Shown here: in pieces, positions 11,544 to 25,100 of the stretch
How the letters are laid out: every line of letters begins with the position of its first letter
Numbering within the stretch: the first letter of the stretch is position 1
Source: Macrostomum hystrix
Taxonomy: Eukaryota > Animalia > Platyhelminthes
Assembly: GCA_950097015.1 (NCBI GenBank)
Contig: CATNEN010000001.1
Location: forward strand, 744,001-808,000
Reading direction: 5' to 3'
DNA length: 64,000 bases
The notes under the pieces: generated by a model
The model's input: only the letters and a program-made list of their open reading frames with translations
Databases searched by the model: none
What the model was told of the DNA's origin: nothing
Made by a program: the position numbers and the translations under genes

Positions 11544-14500
11544 TTAAATGGCATTTAAGCTTCGCCGTTGTTGCTGCTGCTGCTGCTGCTGCTGATCAGG
11601 TCCGATAGGTGGCCAGGTGACAACATTGGACCACAAGCCGGCGCGACCTTTGCCGTCTTCGGCGCGCAGAACAAAATGACAGGCTCCGCGTCGATTGTCG
11701 ATGCCAACTTGACAACGCATCGGCAGCGGCAGGGCTCTTAAGTCGGCCGTCTTCGCCCAGGACTCCGCAGACCTACCCGGCCTGTGGTAGCAGTACCAGA
11801 CAGAGTAGCTGCTGATTTGATGCCGCGGATCTGACACGGGATTGCGCAATGTCCAATGCAACTCGGCCGATTGCCTGGATAGTAAACAGGGATATCGATT
11901 CTTATGAATGCGATTTTGTCTCTTATCGATGGGATTTTGATTCTTACCGATGGGATTTTGATTCTTACCGATGGGATTTTGATTCTTATCGATGGGATTT
12001 TGATTCTTACCGATGGGATTTTGATTCTTATCAATGGGATTTTGATTCTTATCGATGGGATTTTGATTCTTATCGATGGGATAATAATTCTTACCGATGG
12101 GATTTCAATTCTTATCGATGGGATATTGATTCATATGAATGTGATTTTGTTTCTTACCGATGGGATTTTTATTCTTACCGATGGGATTTTGATTCTTACT
12201 GATGGGATATTGATTCTTACCGATGGGATTTTTATTCTTACCGATGGGATTTTGATTCTTGTCGATGGGATTTTGATTCTTATCGATGGGATATTGATTC
12301 TTATCGATGGGATTTTTATTCTTACCGATGGGATTTTGATTCTTGTCGATGGGATTTTGATTCTTATCGATGGGATATTGATTCTTATCGATGGGATTTT
12401 TATTCTTACCGATGGGATTTTGATTCTTGTCGATGGGATTTCAATACTTATCGATGGGATTTTGATACTTATCGATGGGATTTTGATTCTTATCGATGGG
12501 ATTTTGATTCTTATCGATGGGATATTAATTCTTACCGATGGGATTTCAATTCTTATCGATGGGATTTTTATTCTTACCGATGGGATTTTGATTCTTATCG
12601 ATGGGATTTTGATTCTTATCGATGGGATTTTTATTCTTACCGATGGGATTTTGATTCTTACTGATGGGATATTGATTCTTACCGATGGGATTTTGATTCT
12701 TGTCGATGGGATTTTGATTCTTGTCGATGGGATTTCAATACTTATCGATGGGAATTTGAATAGTCATCAATTTGATCATGAATAATAAGATTTCCATCGT
12801 ATTAATTGGATTCTTATTAAGGCTGTAAATTGCATGGCAAGCCTGCCAGTTGCCTTTCTGCGTCAAGTTTCTTAAAAGTTGTTTTTAATTCTGTCGCAAA
12901 TATGCGATACAGATTTTTAATGACTCAATTCGATAAGATCTGTAGTTCTTAAAATACTACTTTTAATAGTAAAATCAGGAAAATATAGACTTATAAGAAC
13001 GAGCAAACTGTTAACCAACAAAGTTTATTTACGATGCTCAATATTTTATATTATTTACCATCGAACATCAAATTGATTTCATTGGTTTCAAAAATTTACT
13101 GTACCAAGACATTAGCCCGCAATGCTAGAATAAACAAAGCGGAATTTGACTATCTTGGCTAGTAGTTTTTTTAAGTAAGTGTTGTATCTTCTTTTTTACA
13201 AATAATTTGTTGATTATGGATCTGAAGGCTGCGTACGGCTGTTCAGTCCATGGACTGGGGAGACGCCACACCCACCTTCAATTAACCTGAAGCAGTGTAG
13301 AGTTAAGTGTCTTGCTAAAGTACACAAATTGTTCTAATTAATAGTAACTATAGTATAACTAATAGTAGAATGACAAACTGTTAACCAACAAAATCTATTT
13401 ACGATGCTCGATTGCTGTAATTAGTTATCAGCGAACATCATAACAATATCATTATTGTTGGCTATGAACATTTACTATACCAAGACATTAGCCCACAATG
13501 CTAGAATGAACAAAGTGGAATTTGACTATCTTGGAAACTTTGACTACTTTTCTAAAAGTATCAGTTGTGCTTCCCTTAGAAATCACTGTAAATTTAAAAT
13601 TTCATTGTAACCACATTTGAATTGGGGTCGCAAAATACTCAATTAATATATCCTTGCGACTCCAGAAAACTCAATTCAAATAAGTGGTTAATGCACTTTT
13701 TCGTTTAATGTTCCAAGACATTAGCCCACTTTGAGACTGTTTAACAAAATTGGACAACAAAGTGGAATTTGACTGTCTGGGGCTTCAAAATTACTACAGA
13801 ATCTAAATACCAGACTCAAAACCATGAGAATCCCAGACTAAAAAACACAAGAATATCAGACTCAAAACCATGAGAATCCCAGACTCAAAACCATGAGAAT
13901 CCCAGACTAAAAAACACAAGAATGCCAGACTCAAAACCACAAGAATCCCAGACTCAAAACCACAAGAATACCAGACTCAAAACCATGAGAATCCCAGACT
14001 CAAAACCACAAGAATACCAGACTCAAAACCACAAGAATACCAGACTCAAAACCACAAGAATACCAGACTCAAAACCACAAGAATACCAGACTCAAAACCA
14101 CAAGAATATCAGACTCAAAACCACAAGAATATCAGACTCAAAACCACAAGAATCCCAGACTCAAAACCACAAGAATATCAGACTCAAAACCACAAGAATC
14201 TCAGACTCAAAACCACAAGAATACCAGACTCAAAACCACAAGAATACCAGACTCAAAACCACAAGAATACCAGACTCAAAACCACAAGAATATCAGACTC
14301 AAAACCACAAGAATATCAGACTCAAAACCACAAGAATACCAGACTCAAAACCACAAGAATACCAGACTTAAAACCACAAGAATACCAGACTCAAAACCAC
14401 AAGAATACCAGACTCAAAACCACAAGAATACCAGACTCAAAACCATGAGAATACCAGACTCAAAACCACAAGAATACCAGACTCAAAACCACAAGAATAC

Positions 14501-16597
14501 CAGACTCAAAACCACAAGAATACCAGACTCAAAACCATGAGAATACCAGACTAAAAAACACAAGAATACCAGACTCAAAACCACAAGAATACCAGACTCA
14601 AAACCATGAGAATACCAGACTTAAAACCACAAGAATCTCAGACTCAAAACCACAAGAATACCAGACTCAAAACCACAAGAATACCAGACTCAAAACCACA
14701 AGAATACCAGACTCAAAACCACAAGAATACCAGACTCAAAACCACAAGAATACCAGACTCAAAACCATGAGAATCCCAGACTAGAAAACACAAGAATCCC
14801 AGACTCAAAACCATGAGAATACCAGACTCAAAACCATGAGAATCCCAGACTAGAAAACACAAGAATCTCAGACTCAAAACCACAAGAACACCAGACTCAA
14901 AACCACAAGAATACCAGACTCAAAACCACAAGAATACCAGACTTAAAACCACAAGAATCTCAGACTCAAAACCACAAGAATCTCAGACTCAAAACCACAA
15001 GAATACCAGACTCAAAACCACAAGAATACCAGACTCAAAACCATGAGAATCCCAGACTAGAAAACACAAGAATACCAGACTCAAAACCATGAGAATACCA
15101 GACTCAAAACCATGAGAATACCAGACTCAAAACCACAAGAATCCCATACCAAAAAGCAAAAGAATCCTATACTCAAACCAACAAGAATCCTACACTCAAA
15201 ACCACAAGAATCCCAGACTTAAAACCACAAAATACCCTGAAACACATTTTTACGTTTACTGGTAAAACAAAGAACTCACTTATCAGCAGTATTGGCGCAC
15301 ACTTGCAACAATGGTGCCTGTTTTAGCGGCAATGGCAGAGTGGCCAAAACTTCAAGCGGCGGACCAGCCGGCGGAGGAGGAGGCGCCATAGAAAACGCGG
15401 ACGTGGAAGCTGACGCCGGCAGGGTCGAAGTAGTCAAGGAGGCGCTCACTGATGAGGCGGCAGTCAGGTCGATGACAGACGACGACGCGCCGCTTTGACG
15501 AAAACCCGACGCGGCGGCGGCGGCAGTTGCAGCGGAAACGCCGGCCGACAACGGGGTCCGAAATGATGATGATCCGACTGAGCCAGGATTTGTTTATGGC
15601 ATTTATTATCGGTTATTTATAAGATTATGGATGTCACGACTGAGGTCATGAGCCCGCACTGTTAGGTTTACAGTATGACAACATGTCATGACCGAAACCA
15701 TATGACGGACTATGACCTGAGATGCTGTACCCTATGACCTAAGATGCTGTACCCTATGACCTAAGATGCTGTACCCTATGACCTAAGATGCTGTACCCTA
15801 TGACCTAAGATGCTGTATCCTATGACCTAAGATGCTGTATCCTATGACCAAAGATGCTGTATCCTATGACTAGATTCTGCATCCTATGACCAAAGATGCT
15901 GTATCCTATGACTAGATTCTGCATCCTATGACCAAAGATGTTGTATCCTATGACTAGATTCTGCATCCTATGACCAAAGATGTTGTATCCTATCACCGAA
16001 GATACTGACTGAACAAAATTTTCAAAAACAATGTTACAATTGCGTTACCTGTCGCACTACCAACTCCAGCAAAGCTATTAGCTCGATTAGCGAAAGCTTT
16101 TGTGAACGGATTAACACTGACGCCGCCGACATATAGCCCAGCTGTATTTGAGCCAGTTGTCAAAATTGGATCAGTCTGCAACTGTTTGTCACATTTAATC
16201 TGCTTTCTCTTGGCCAATTCTCCTTCTAGATGTCTGCTAACAGCGCGCAGTCGCTTAATCTTTGACCGATGAATCTGGGATAATCGTTCGGCTTCTTCAG
16301 CAGCTTGCAGGGGTCGAACTAGGGCTCGCAATTCAGCTACTAGGCCTATGTGTTCCGATTTTAACAGGCTGTGATTAGTTGCTTGGCCATTGCAAAGCTT
16401 TGGAGTTTTTTTTACAGTGCTGCTGTTAGCAGGCTCGTTGCTATGCAAATTGCTATCATCCTCAACACCGTTTGATAAACACGGGTTGGAATCCTTGTTT
16501 AAATTATTATTTGCACCAGCCATTGAGAGAGAAGTGTTGGGCAAAGCCATGAAGCCAGTGCCCAAATTGGTGCTGCTCTGATTGCACTCAGGTAAGT
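11544..16597 (-). CDS. ATF7IP: ATF7IP/MCAF1/Windei-like protein (SETDB1 cofactor family): coiled-coil segment plus C-terminal FN3 domain; 5' end uncertain
   Basis: Exons 16597-16049, 15577-15280, 11874-11544 with phase-consistent GT-AG junctions (phases 1 and 2). The last exon carries the ATF7IP FN3 signature WAKTADLRALPLPMRC...HFVLRAEDGKGRAG (cf. WKKIGEVKALPLPMAC...YFAVRAKDIYGRFG), preceded by a Pro-rich LPLPLKQAPLL segment. A possible first coding exon at 17071-17047 (MSITSGSF, phase 1) would give 400 aa; this is unverified. Confidence 0.82.
11891..12752. repeat. 21-bp minisatellite (GATTCTTA(C/T)CGATGGGATTTT)n, ~41 copies, in the last ATF7IP-like intron next to the acceptor
   Basis: Period of 21; ends ~15 bp from the 3' splice site at 11875. 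Confidence 0.95.
13219..13333 (-). mobile_element. SINE family A fragment (internally deleted)
   Basis: Near-identical to 17675-17822 (CTGAAGGCTGCGTAC...AGAGTTAAGTGTCTTGCTAAAG.ACACAAATTGTT). Confidence 0.8.
13810..15235. repeat. 23-bp minisatellite (CCAGACTCAAAACCACAAGAATA)n, ~62 copies, intronic
   Basis: Period of 23 (14041 to 14064); ends ~45 bp from the donor at 15279. Confidence 0.96.
15710..15993. repeat. 21-22-bp minisatellite (TATGACCTAAGATGCTGTA(C/T)CC)n, intronic
   Basis: Direct inspection; lies in the ATF7IP-like intron 15578-16048. Confidence 0.92.
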
Positions 16598-17674
16598 CTG
16601 GGAGATGCTGAAAAATTGACAGTTTAAAAACAAGCATCCAATTAGTGTTATTAAATCAAAGTATTGAAAACCTATATCCACTTTGTTAATGCTCATTTAC
16701 TTAAAATACTGATTTAAAAAACTTTATTTCTTGTTAATAAGATTTCAAAGCTTATTGATTGATTTTTTCCATGAGTTTATTGGCTTATTAATTTAATCAA
16801 AATTATAATGATTTTTTTTCTTAATGCAATGTAATATCATATCTCTGAACAAGTTACTTGTAGCTGGCCTGCTCATAATGAAGCACAACAATTATGAAGA
16901 GTATGAATAATGTAATTGAGATAAGTGAAGGTGTGAGTTTCTCTCTGAAAGGGTTGCAAGTAGCTGTCTGCTGGCATGTTCCAGTGAAGTGATGCAACTC
17001 TGAAGGGAAAGTAATCTCAATGGAGTGAGAAGAGAAAAGTACTCACTGAACGAGCCACTAGTAATTGACATGCTTCAGCAAATCACAGTGACTCCGAAGG
17101 GGAGTTAATGGAGAGCAAGTAATGGGCTGTGGAGTGCCCTGTTTTGAATTGAATGAATTGCTGCAATTGGCAGCAGCAGTATCGGTGCTATTGTCAGCAA
17201 TCAAGGCAAGCAACCATGCATTGAGAACATGGCACAGATGCACAGCCAGCAACAGATTCTGCAACTGCGCCCTGCCCTGTGGCACACTAAAGCTGTCATG
17301 TGCCATGCAGCTGTCTGAGTCACCAGACCTATGAAAACAGCTGTATCTACCATCAGATTTTGTTGGGCAGAGGTCAGTGTGTTGGCAACTATCTCAATCC
17401 CAACAGTGGAGAATTATTGGCACACAACAAGAGCTCTTGTCCAACAGTATGGCATCCCCATTGAAAGGAGCCAGCACCAGCTGCTGCAATACCTTTCTGT
17501 GGCATTTCTGTGGCTTAATGAGGCCTTGTCATAGCAGGCTTAATTATGGCCTACAATTTGCACATTGGGCAATTGAGTCAGCATGGCCAATGCAATAGCA
17601 GTTCTGCAAGATGCCTATTGATTGATTACACCTGCCCCAATCGGGCCAGATGTGCAGCCGACAGCACAGCCGCA

Positions 17675-17896
17675 GCTGAAGGCTGCGTACAGCTGTTCAG
17701 TCCATGGACTGGGGGGCCACACCCACCTTCAATTATCCCAGCTGATGCTGGTACCCATTTAACAGCTGGGTGAACTGAAGCAATGCAGAGTTAAGTGTCT
17801 TGCTAAAGGACACAAATTGTTTCAGTGGAGTCGGGAATCGAACCCCCGACCTTTAAGTCGTTAGTCCAATGCCCTAACCACTAGGCTACAACCCCT
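17675..17896 (-). mobile_element. Full-length tRNA-derived SINE (family A) with a CORE-like central domain
   Basis: Minus strand: A box TAGCCTAGTGG, B box GGTTCGATTCC, then TGTGTCCTTTAGCAAGACACTTAACTCTGCATTGCTTCAGTTCACCCAGCTGTTAAATGGG, which resembles the MIR/CORE-SINE core. Three further partial copies occur in the window. Confidence 0.85.
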
Positions 17897-19101
17897 CTTT
17901 GATGCCTATACTTTGGTTCAGAAGGCCATTGCCTCTGATGAAATAACAGTTTAGATTTGTCCCTAGACAAATTTGACACTAAATAAAGCACCATTGAAGA
18001 TAAAAACAACACTTCCTAAAAAGGTCTGTTAGACATAAATTTGCTATTGTAAAAGTAACATAAATCCACAACTTTTCCTTGTTGCTTTGCTACAAAGTTG
18101 TTCATATAATACTATATTTGCCAGAGGGCTATGAATACACTGTTAGATCTGTTGAACAAAAAAATAAATTATAAGTAGGGACTTCAGTGCGATTTTTGAA
18201 AATTTGAAAATGTTTTTTTCACGAATCATTTTGATAGACTGTTATCATAATATGAGCATATAAAGTCCTCACTTTAATCATTTGGTTCAGTAATAAAAGT
18301 TATTCTTGTAAAAATATTTTTTGCTTTTTTAAATCGCCAAAATATATTACAGAATGTGACCACTTCAATAAATTTTAAGAAAATATTTTTTCCTTTGCAA
18401 AGATCTTTTTAGTGTTACTGCCTTCGACTATTACTGCTACTGCCTACAGCATGGGCAGCTGTCTAGCTAAGGCTTGCGCCATGGAAACCTTGCTGGAAGC
18501 TGCCCAACATGATGCACCACTGACAATGATGACTTGAACTTGAGAACTTGAGACTGCGCTAGGCTAGGGCCTACCTACTAATCTAGAATAGGTCTACGCA
18601 ACACACAAAATTGCTAACAATGAATAGGATACATGGTACCGTAGGCCAGTAACAATTCAAAATAAATGCGCTGTACGTTTAAATACTAAATGCTAATTTT
18701 GCACTTATAATGGTAACTGCGCATGTGACGCTATTAATTGTTTGCAGCAAGTAAAGATGCACAGCAACAAGCAACACTACACGTATGATGAGTTTGCTGC
18801 ATTTTACTATTCGCTGTTCGCACACAATTTTGTTTATTTGTTACGAGTTTTCATGATAACAAATGTTTTGCAGGTTTACGCAAAAAATACAACGCTCTAG
18901 CAAGCTCTTCAAGAAATATATATTTTTAGTTGTTTTCTACATTGCATCTTTAATATTGTTACATTTTATGTCTTTATATATTTATCTCTATGCTACAATT
19001 TAAGCATTCGCCATTTTAACTGCGATGGCTAAGCAAAGATTCTCAAGTAATAAGATAAATTTTCCTAACAAATTTTGACGCGATTATCGCATGTGGAAGA
19101 C

Positions 19102-22100
19102 ATGGGTACTGAAAACAAAGCCTCCGACAAGGAAGAGCTGATTGATCTTAATGAAAGATTTCATTTTTATGTTCGCCGTGTTCGTCAGCTTCGCGATGAG
19201 TCGGATTTAGAGACATTTTACAAGTCGATTGCAACTCTGGAAGATGAAGTTAAAGAAGTTAAAAAGTCATATGAATCGGAAATCGCCAAGCTAAAGTGAG
19301 CTGTTTTTTACAGATATAGTATATTAAAAATTCTATCTACATTTTTCAAGCAAAGAAAAGTATACTAGATAGTTATATATAATCAAAATTAACTAAATAA
19401 CAAATAACAAAAACATATTGACGAATTAGAGTCTATAATGTTTTTAGCTGCGTAAAAGCTATTTAATAATTAGTGTTTTAATCGTTTCATCTGAATATTT
19501 TATTGTTGACATTTTTTAACTAAGTTAAAGTTGTAATTGCATACATATTGTATTACTATTTCTTTAAATCTTGCTAAACAGACAGAATGAATAATAAATT
19601 AAATTACTCGTACTTTCGTAATCAAACGCAAACTATTGTCTGCAAATATTGAATCTTGTAGTCTCAGATATTGAATCTGAATCGAATATATATTTAAAAT
19701 CAAAGACTTTTTTCTGACTAATTTATTTAGATATGCGATCGAGATTCTTAACCGTGAGAAGTCGGAAATGGAGAAGGACATCATCGCACGTAAAAACATG
19801 GAAGCTCATCTAAATGACCGGTTAGGCTTAATTCTAATTCTAAATCTATTTGGTTCAGTCGAAAATAAAATTGTTTTAAAAGCAATAAACTGGTTATTCT
19901 GTTTTAGTCTCAATGTCGAAGTGGATAAAACTCAGCGTTACGTTACTGAGATCAGCCACCTCAAGAATGAAATAGTTGACAAAGACTACCAGATTCGTGA
20001 GCTCAACATGAACCTTAACCAGGCTCACTACGACAATAGCGGCATGAAGAAAGATTTGGATGCCAAGACTCGCTTAGCTGAGGATCTAAAACGACAGTGA
20101 GTTTTTGCAATTCATCTTTCACTACTATTCTGACCTGCATCACCAGGACTAAGTAATCCCAGAGGTGTGAAACATGTATAAATTGTAGACTGGATCTAAG
20201 CAAGAGCGAGTACAAGGACACCACAAATCGGTTGCAGATTGTGGAAGAGAAACTATCTTTTCAGGAGTCTTTTACGGAGGAGGTGAGTGAATACGCTCCT
20301 GCAACTAAAATTGCGGCTTAGAAATGGCTGATAGGCCCTTTATCTTTAACTTCATTAGCAGTAGCACTATCAAGCGATTTTTCGCCCGTTTTTATACCAA
20401 GGGGAATTTTTTGGCAGCGTCTGAATGCTAACGGCGTTGGGTGGTGACTGATCAGTTGACAGACTAGGCGAGGGTGTCCTGTGTTTGAGCCTAATATTTA
20501 GGCTTTATCAGTGAAATTGGAGAAATTCGCGTCAGGGTGTCCATAGTGGCCTAGTTCCCTGTTGTAGCCCTTGAAGGTACAGCAAATCCGTCTAGATAAA
20601 GGTCGGTTGACCACAAAATCAGACCTTCGGCCAGAACCATTGATTATCTCGACGGTCTAAAGAGCTGGCGACTTGATTATTATTTCAAAAGATGTGCAAC
20701 AAAAAGTTGCCCCTGTTCTTCAGTGTGCTTGCGTTGCTCCATTCGGGTGCTGCACAAAAATTATCTGGAAGGGAAAATCCCCCCCTAGGTAGTTCTACTG
20801 TTAACGCTATATAAACTATTGTCAGAGAAAAGCTCTGCCCAACTAACCAACCACAACAATTGCATTCGAATAGCGCATGGGTGAGCTCAAGCGTCGCATT
20901 GAAACTTACCTGATGCAAATTGCCGAATTGGAGAACAAATGCGAACTCTCTGAGGCTCGGGAGGCCGCCTTTCCCGACAAACTGCGCCAAGTCAAAGAGG
21001 CTGCCGACGCCGATATTCGCAAATTTCAACGTGAAACAGAAGACTTCTACAAGGGCACCATCCAGACGCTGGAAGGCCAACTGGAAGAGGAGATTGGCGA
21101 GAACAAGAAGCTCCAGGGGGAAGTTGAACGACTCAACGATAAGATTGTGGAGTATCGCAATCAGGTGCGTTTCTATTATTTAACGAGCGAATACTTTAAA
21201 TAACAGATCCAGCCATGGACTTAGAAAATTCTGGGAATAATAGAAAATGATGACATTGTTTTAAATTACGAGCTAGTAATCTTGTACACATCAGTTTTGT
21301 GTAAAGTAAGATGCTTGGCTCTTTTGGGCTTTCGCGAACAAAACTATACGTGCTCACTTGGGGATGAGTGAAATTGCATGGCAGCAATGTCCATGAGCTC
21401 GATTCCGCGGTGAGGCCACAATCATTTTAGGACGCAGTCACGCAGAGAAGACTTTTGGGCTTGTCATACAATTATAGTCCTCGATAGCCTCCTTGATAGC
21501 CAACCTGAAAGGCTCACTGAGAGTGCCTGACGATGATGAGACGAAAGATGAAAGTCAGGGCAGATGTACACACTGTTCCCGTGGACATATTTGTGCGCCC
21601 GAATTCAGTCGAAAGGGCAGAATTGTCTTTCGCTGGTTCCAGGTCAACAGTCGCTAAACATTGTGCTCTCCTGTGCATATTGTTATCATTTTACCAGTTA
21701 AATGCGTTGCCACTTTACGCATCTATCCAACCAATATCCTACTATCCAGGTGACGGAGTTGAAGTCGCAGATCACAACCCTCGAGCAGCAGAAGCGCGTC
21801 CTAAACCAATCGCTCGAGTCAGAGCGGCACCAGAACACCTACGCTGTGAATGGACTGGAGAGAAAACTCAAAGAAGTTCAACAAGAGCTTCTGGCCAAAG
21901 TGAACGAGATGAGTCAGAAGCAGGACGTCAGCGCTTCGCTCAGGGCCGAGTTGGACGCGATGCGAGCGCTCATCGAGCAGGAGGAGACGCGCCTGGGCCT
22001 TCGTATCAGACCAGCCGCTCCAATAAACTTTCCTGGAGGCAGCAGTGGTAGTGTGCATCACAAGCAGGCCGCGGTTACGACAACAACCACAACGACTACG

Positions 22101-25100
22101 AGTGTTGTTGAAGCTGCGACATTTAAAAATATGGAGACGACTGCTACCGTCGTGGCGACAACGCAAGCGTCTGCTAAAACCGATGCCAACCTTGGCAACT
22201 CAACTCAAATAGCGTCGAATATGACCAAATCGGAGGTTCAGCACGAGATTGTAGAGCCGGAGCCCCAGCGACCGCAGTTGAAGCAACGCAACTCCGACTG
22301 GCAGAAGATGCGCTTCCTGGCTGAGGAGACACAAAAAGCAGGCAGTCGCGGCAGCGGCTCCTCCAACTGCAGCTCCCATGGCGACGAAGATCAGGCGGCG
22401 GCGATGCAGCTCGACCTGCAGAACGCTGTTTTTGCGTCCGGTGAGACGGGTGAGAACGCCGGCTACGATGAGCCGAAGACGCCACGCGACCGGGTCATCG
22501 GCCCGGTGGTGGCTGCTTCTGGTCCGGCTGGGACTGGAATGGCAGCCGTTGGTCCAGTGCGTGGCGCAGCCGTGCCGGACGGTCCGTCGCCTCCCAGGAC
22601 CGGTTCGAGTGAGCGCGTTTTTTTCTGTATTTCGAGAGTATGGAGTGGTAATTCTTCCCAAAGCTTTTACTAAATTTAAACTTCTAAAATAACGAAAAAA
22701 ATAGGCAAGCGACGTTCAGTGCGGAACGAAGGCGAAGGTCGCGACTACTTCGAAGAGATGTTCGAAGACATCGATGACAGGATGGACGCTGCTGCAACGC
22801 AGCCGATGCCACAGGAGTCAGGTGTGATGCAGTCAAGGTGAGAATTTTCGCCATTTTATTAACAAAGCATGCAAGCTTTTTGTGTCCAATTAAACGCTTT
22901 TTATGCTCGTATGTACACTCAAACCTCATTCTATTTGTTCCTTGCTTATAGGGCCGTCGAGTTTGAACAGAAGCATGTAAATGAAAGTCATTAATATTGT
23001 CGTCTTTTGAAATTTGCTCACGAAAAGTCCACAAAAAAGTTTTAAAGATTTTTTTCACAAGCTTTTTCAAAAACTTTAAATTTCGATTATCAGCTTTGTT
23101 TACTTTTTTCTTTTACCATTCGTACGAGTAGATCACAATGTTCTTTCCAGCGCCATTGGAGACATCAAGATTCTAGAGGTCAATCCGGAGGGAAAATTTG
23201 TCCGAGTGCTCAACGCCAATGAGAACATGGTGAGTTTATCAGCTAGAGGCCAGATAACAGAATGCACTTTATACTTATTATGAATATCCCAACATCCCAA
23301 TATCCCAACATCCCAATATCCCAACATCCCAATATCCCAACATCCCAATATCCCAACATCCCAATATCCCAACATCCCAATATCCCAACATCCCAATATC
23401 CCAACATCCCAATATCCCAACATCCCAATATCCCAACATCCCAATATCCCAACATCCCAATATCCCAACATCCCAATATCCCAACATCCCAATATCCCAA
23501 CATCCCAATATCCCAACATCCCAATATCCCAACATCCCAATATCCCAACATCCCAATATCCCAACATCCCAATATCCCAACATCCCAATATCCCAACATC
23601 CCAATATCCCAACATCCCAATATCCCAACATCCCAATATCCCAACATCCCAATATCCCAACATCCCAATATCCCAACATCCCAATATCCCAACATCCCAA
23701 TATCCCAACATCCCAATATCCCAACATCCCAATATCCCAACATCCCAATATACCAACATCCCAATATCCCAACATCCCAATATCCCAACATCCCAATATC
23801 CCAACATCCCAATATCCCAACATCCCAATATCCCAACATCCCAATATCCCAACATCCCAATATCCCAACATCCCAATATCCCAACATCCCAATATCCCAA
23901 CATCCCAACATCCCAATATCCCAATATCCAAACATCCCAATATCCCAACATCCCAATATCCCAACATCCGAAATCCCAATATCCCAACATCCCAATATCC
24001 CAACATCCCAACATCCCAATATCCCAACATCCCAATATCCCAACATCCTAACATCCCAACATCCCAATATCCCAACATCCCAATATCCCAATATCCCAAC
24101 ATACCAATATCCCAACATCCCAACATCCCAATATCCCAACATCCCAACATCCCAACATCCCAATATCCCAATATCCAAACATCCCAATATCCCAACATCC
24201 CAATATCCCAACATCCCAATATCCCAACATCCCAACATCCCAATATCCCAACATCCCAATATCCCAATATCCCAATATCCCAATATCCCAACATCCCAAT
24301 ATCCCAACATCCCAATATCCCAACATCCCAACATCCCAATATCCCAATATCCCAATATCCCAATATCCCAACATCCCAATATCCCAACATCCCAATATCC
24401 CAACATCCCAACATCCCAACATCCCAACATCCGAAATTCCAATATCCCAATATCCCAACATCCCAATATCCCAACATCCCAATATCCCAACATCCCAATA
24501 TCCCAACATCCCAACATCCCAATATCCCAACATCCCAATATCCCAACATCCCAATATCCCAACATCCCAATATCCCAACATCCAAATATCCCAACATCCC
24601 AATATCCCAACATCCCAATATCCCAACATCCAAATATCCCAACATCCCAATATCCCAACATCCCAATATCCCAACATCCCAATATCCCAACATCCCAATA
24701 TCCCAACATCCCAATATCCCAACATCCCAATATCCCAACATCCCAATATCCCAACATCCAAATATCCCAATATCCCAATATCCCAATATCCCAACATCCC
24801 AATATCCCAACATCCCAATATCCCAACATCCCAACATCCCAATATCCCAATATCCCAATATCCCAACATCCCAATATCCCAATATCCCAATATCCCAATA
24901 TCCCAACATCCCAATATCCCAACATCCCAATATCCGAAATTCCAATATCCCAATATCCCAACATCCCAATATCCCAACATCCCAATATCCCAACATCCCA
25001 ATATCCCAACATCCAAATATCCCAACATCCCAATATCCCAACATCCCAATATCCCAACATCCCAATATCCCAACATCCCAATATCCCAACATCCCAATAT

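Noticed and set aside
11849-14371. Repeat-derived ORFs (ILIDG, YRWDFDS and PDSKPQEYQ repeats)
   Set aside because: By-products of 21- and 23-bp intronic minisatellites, antisense to the host gene.
17822-17896. Second tRNA gene on the minus strand
   Set aside because: It has A and B boxes but no clean acceptor stem, and it continues into a SINE core found in several copies.
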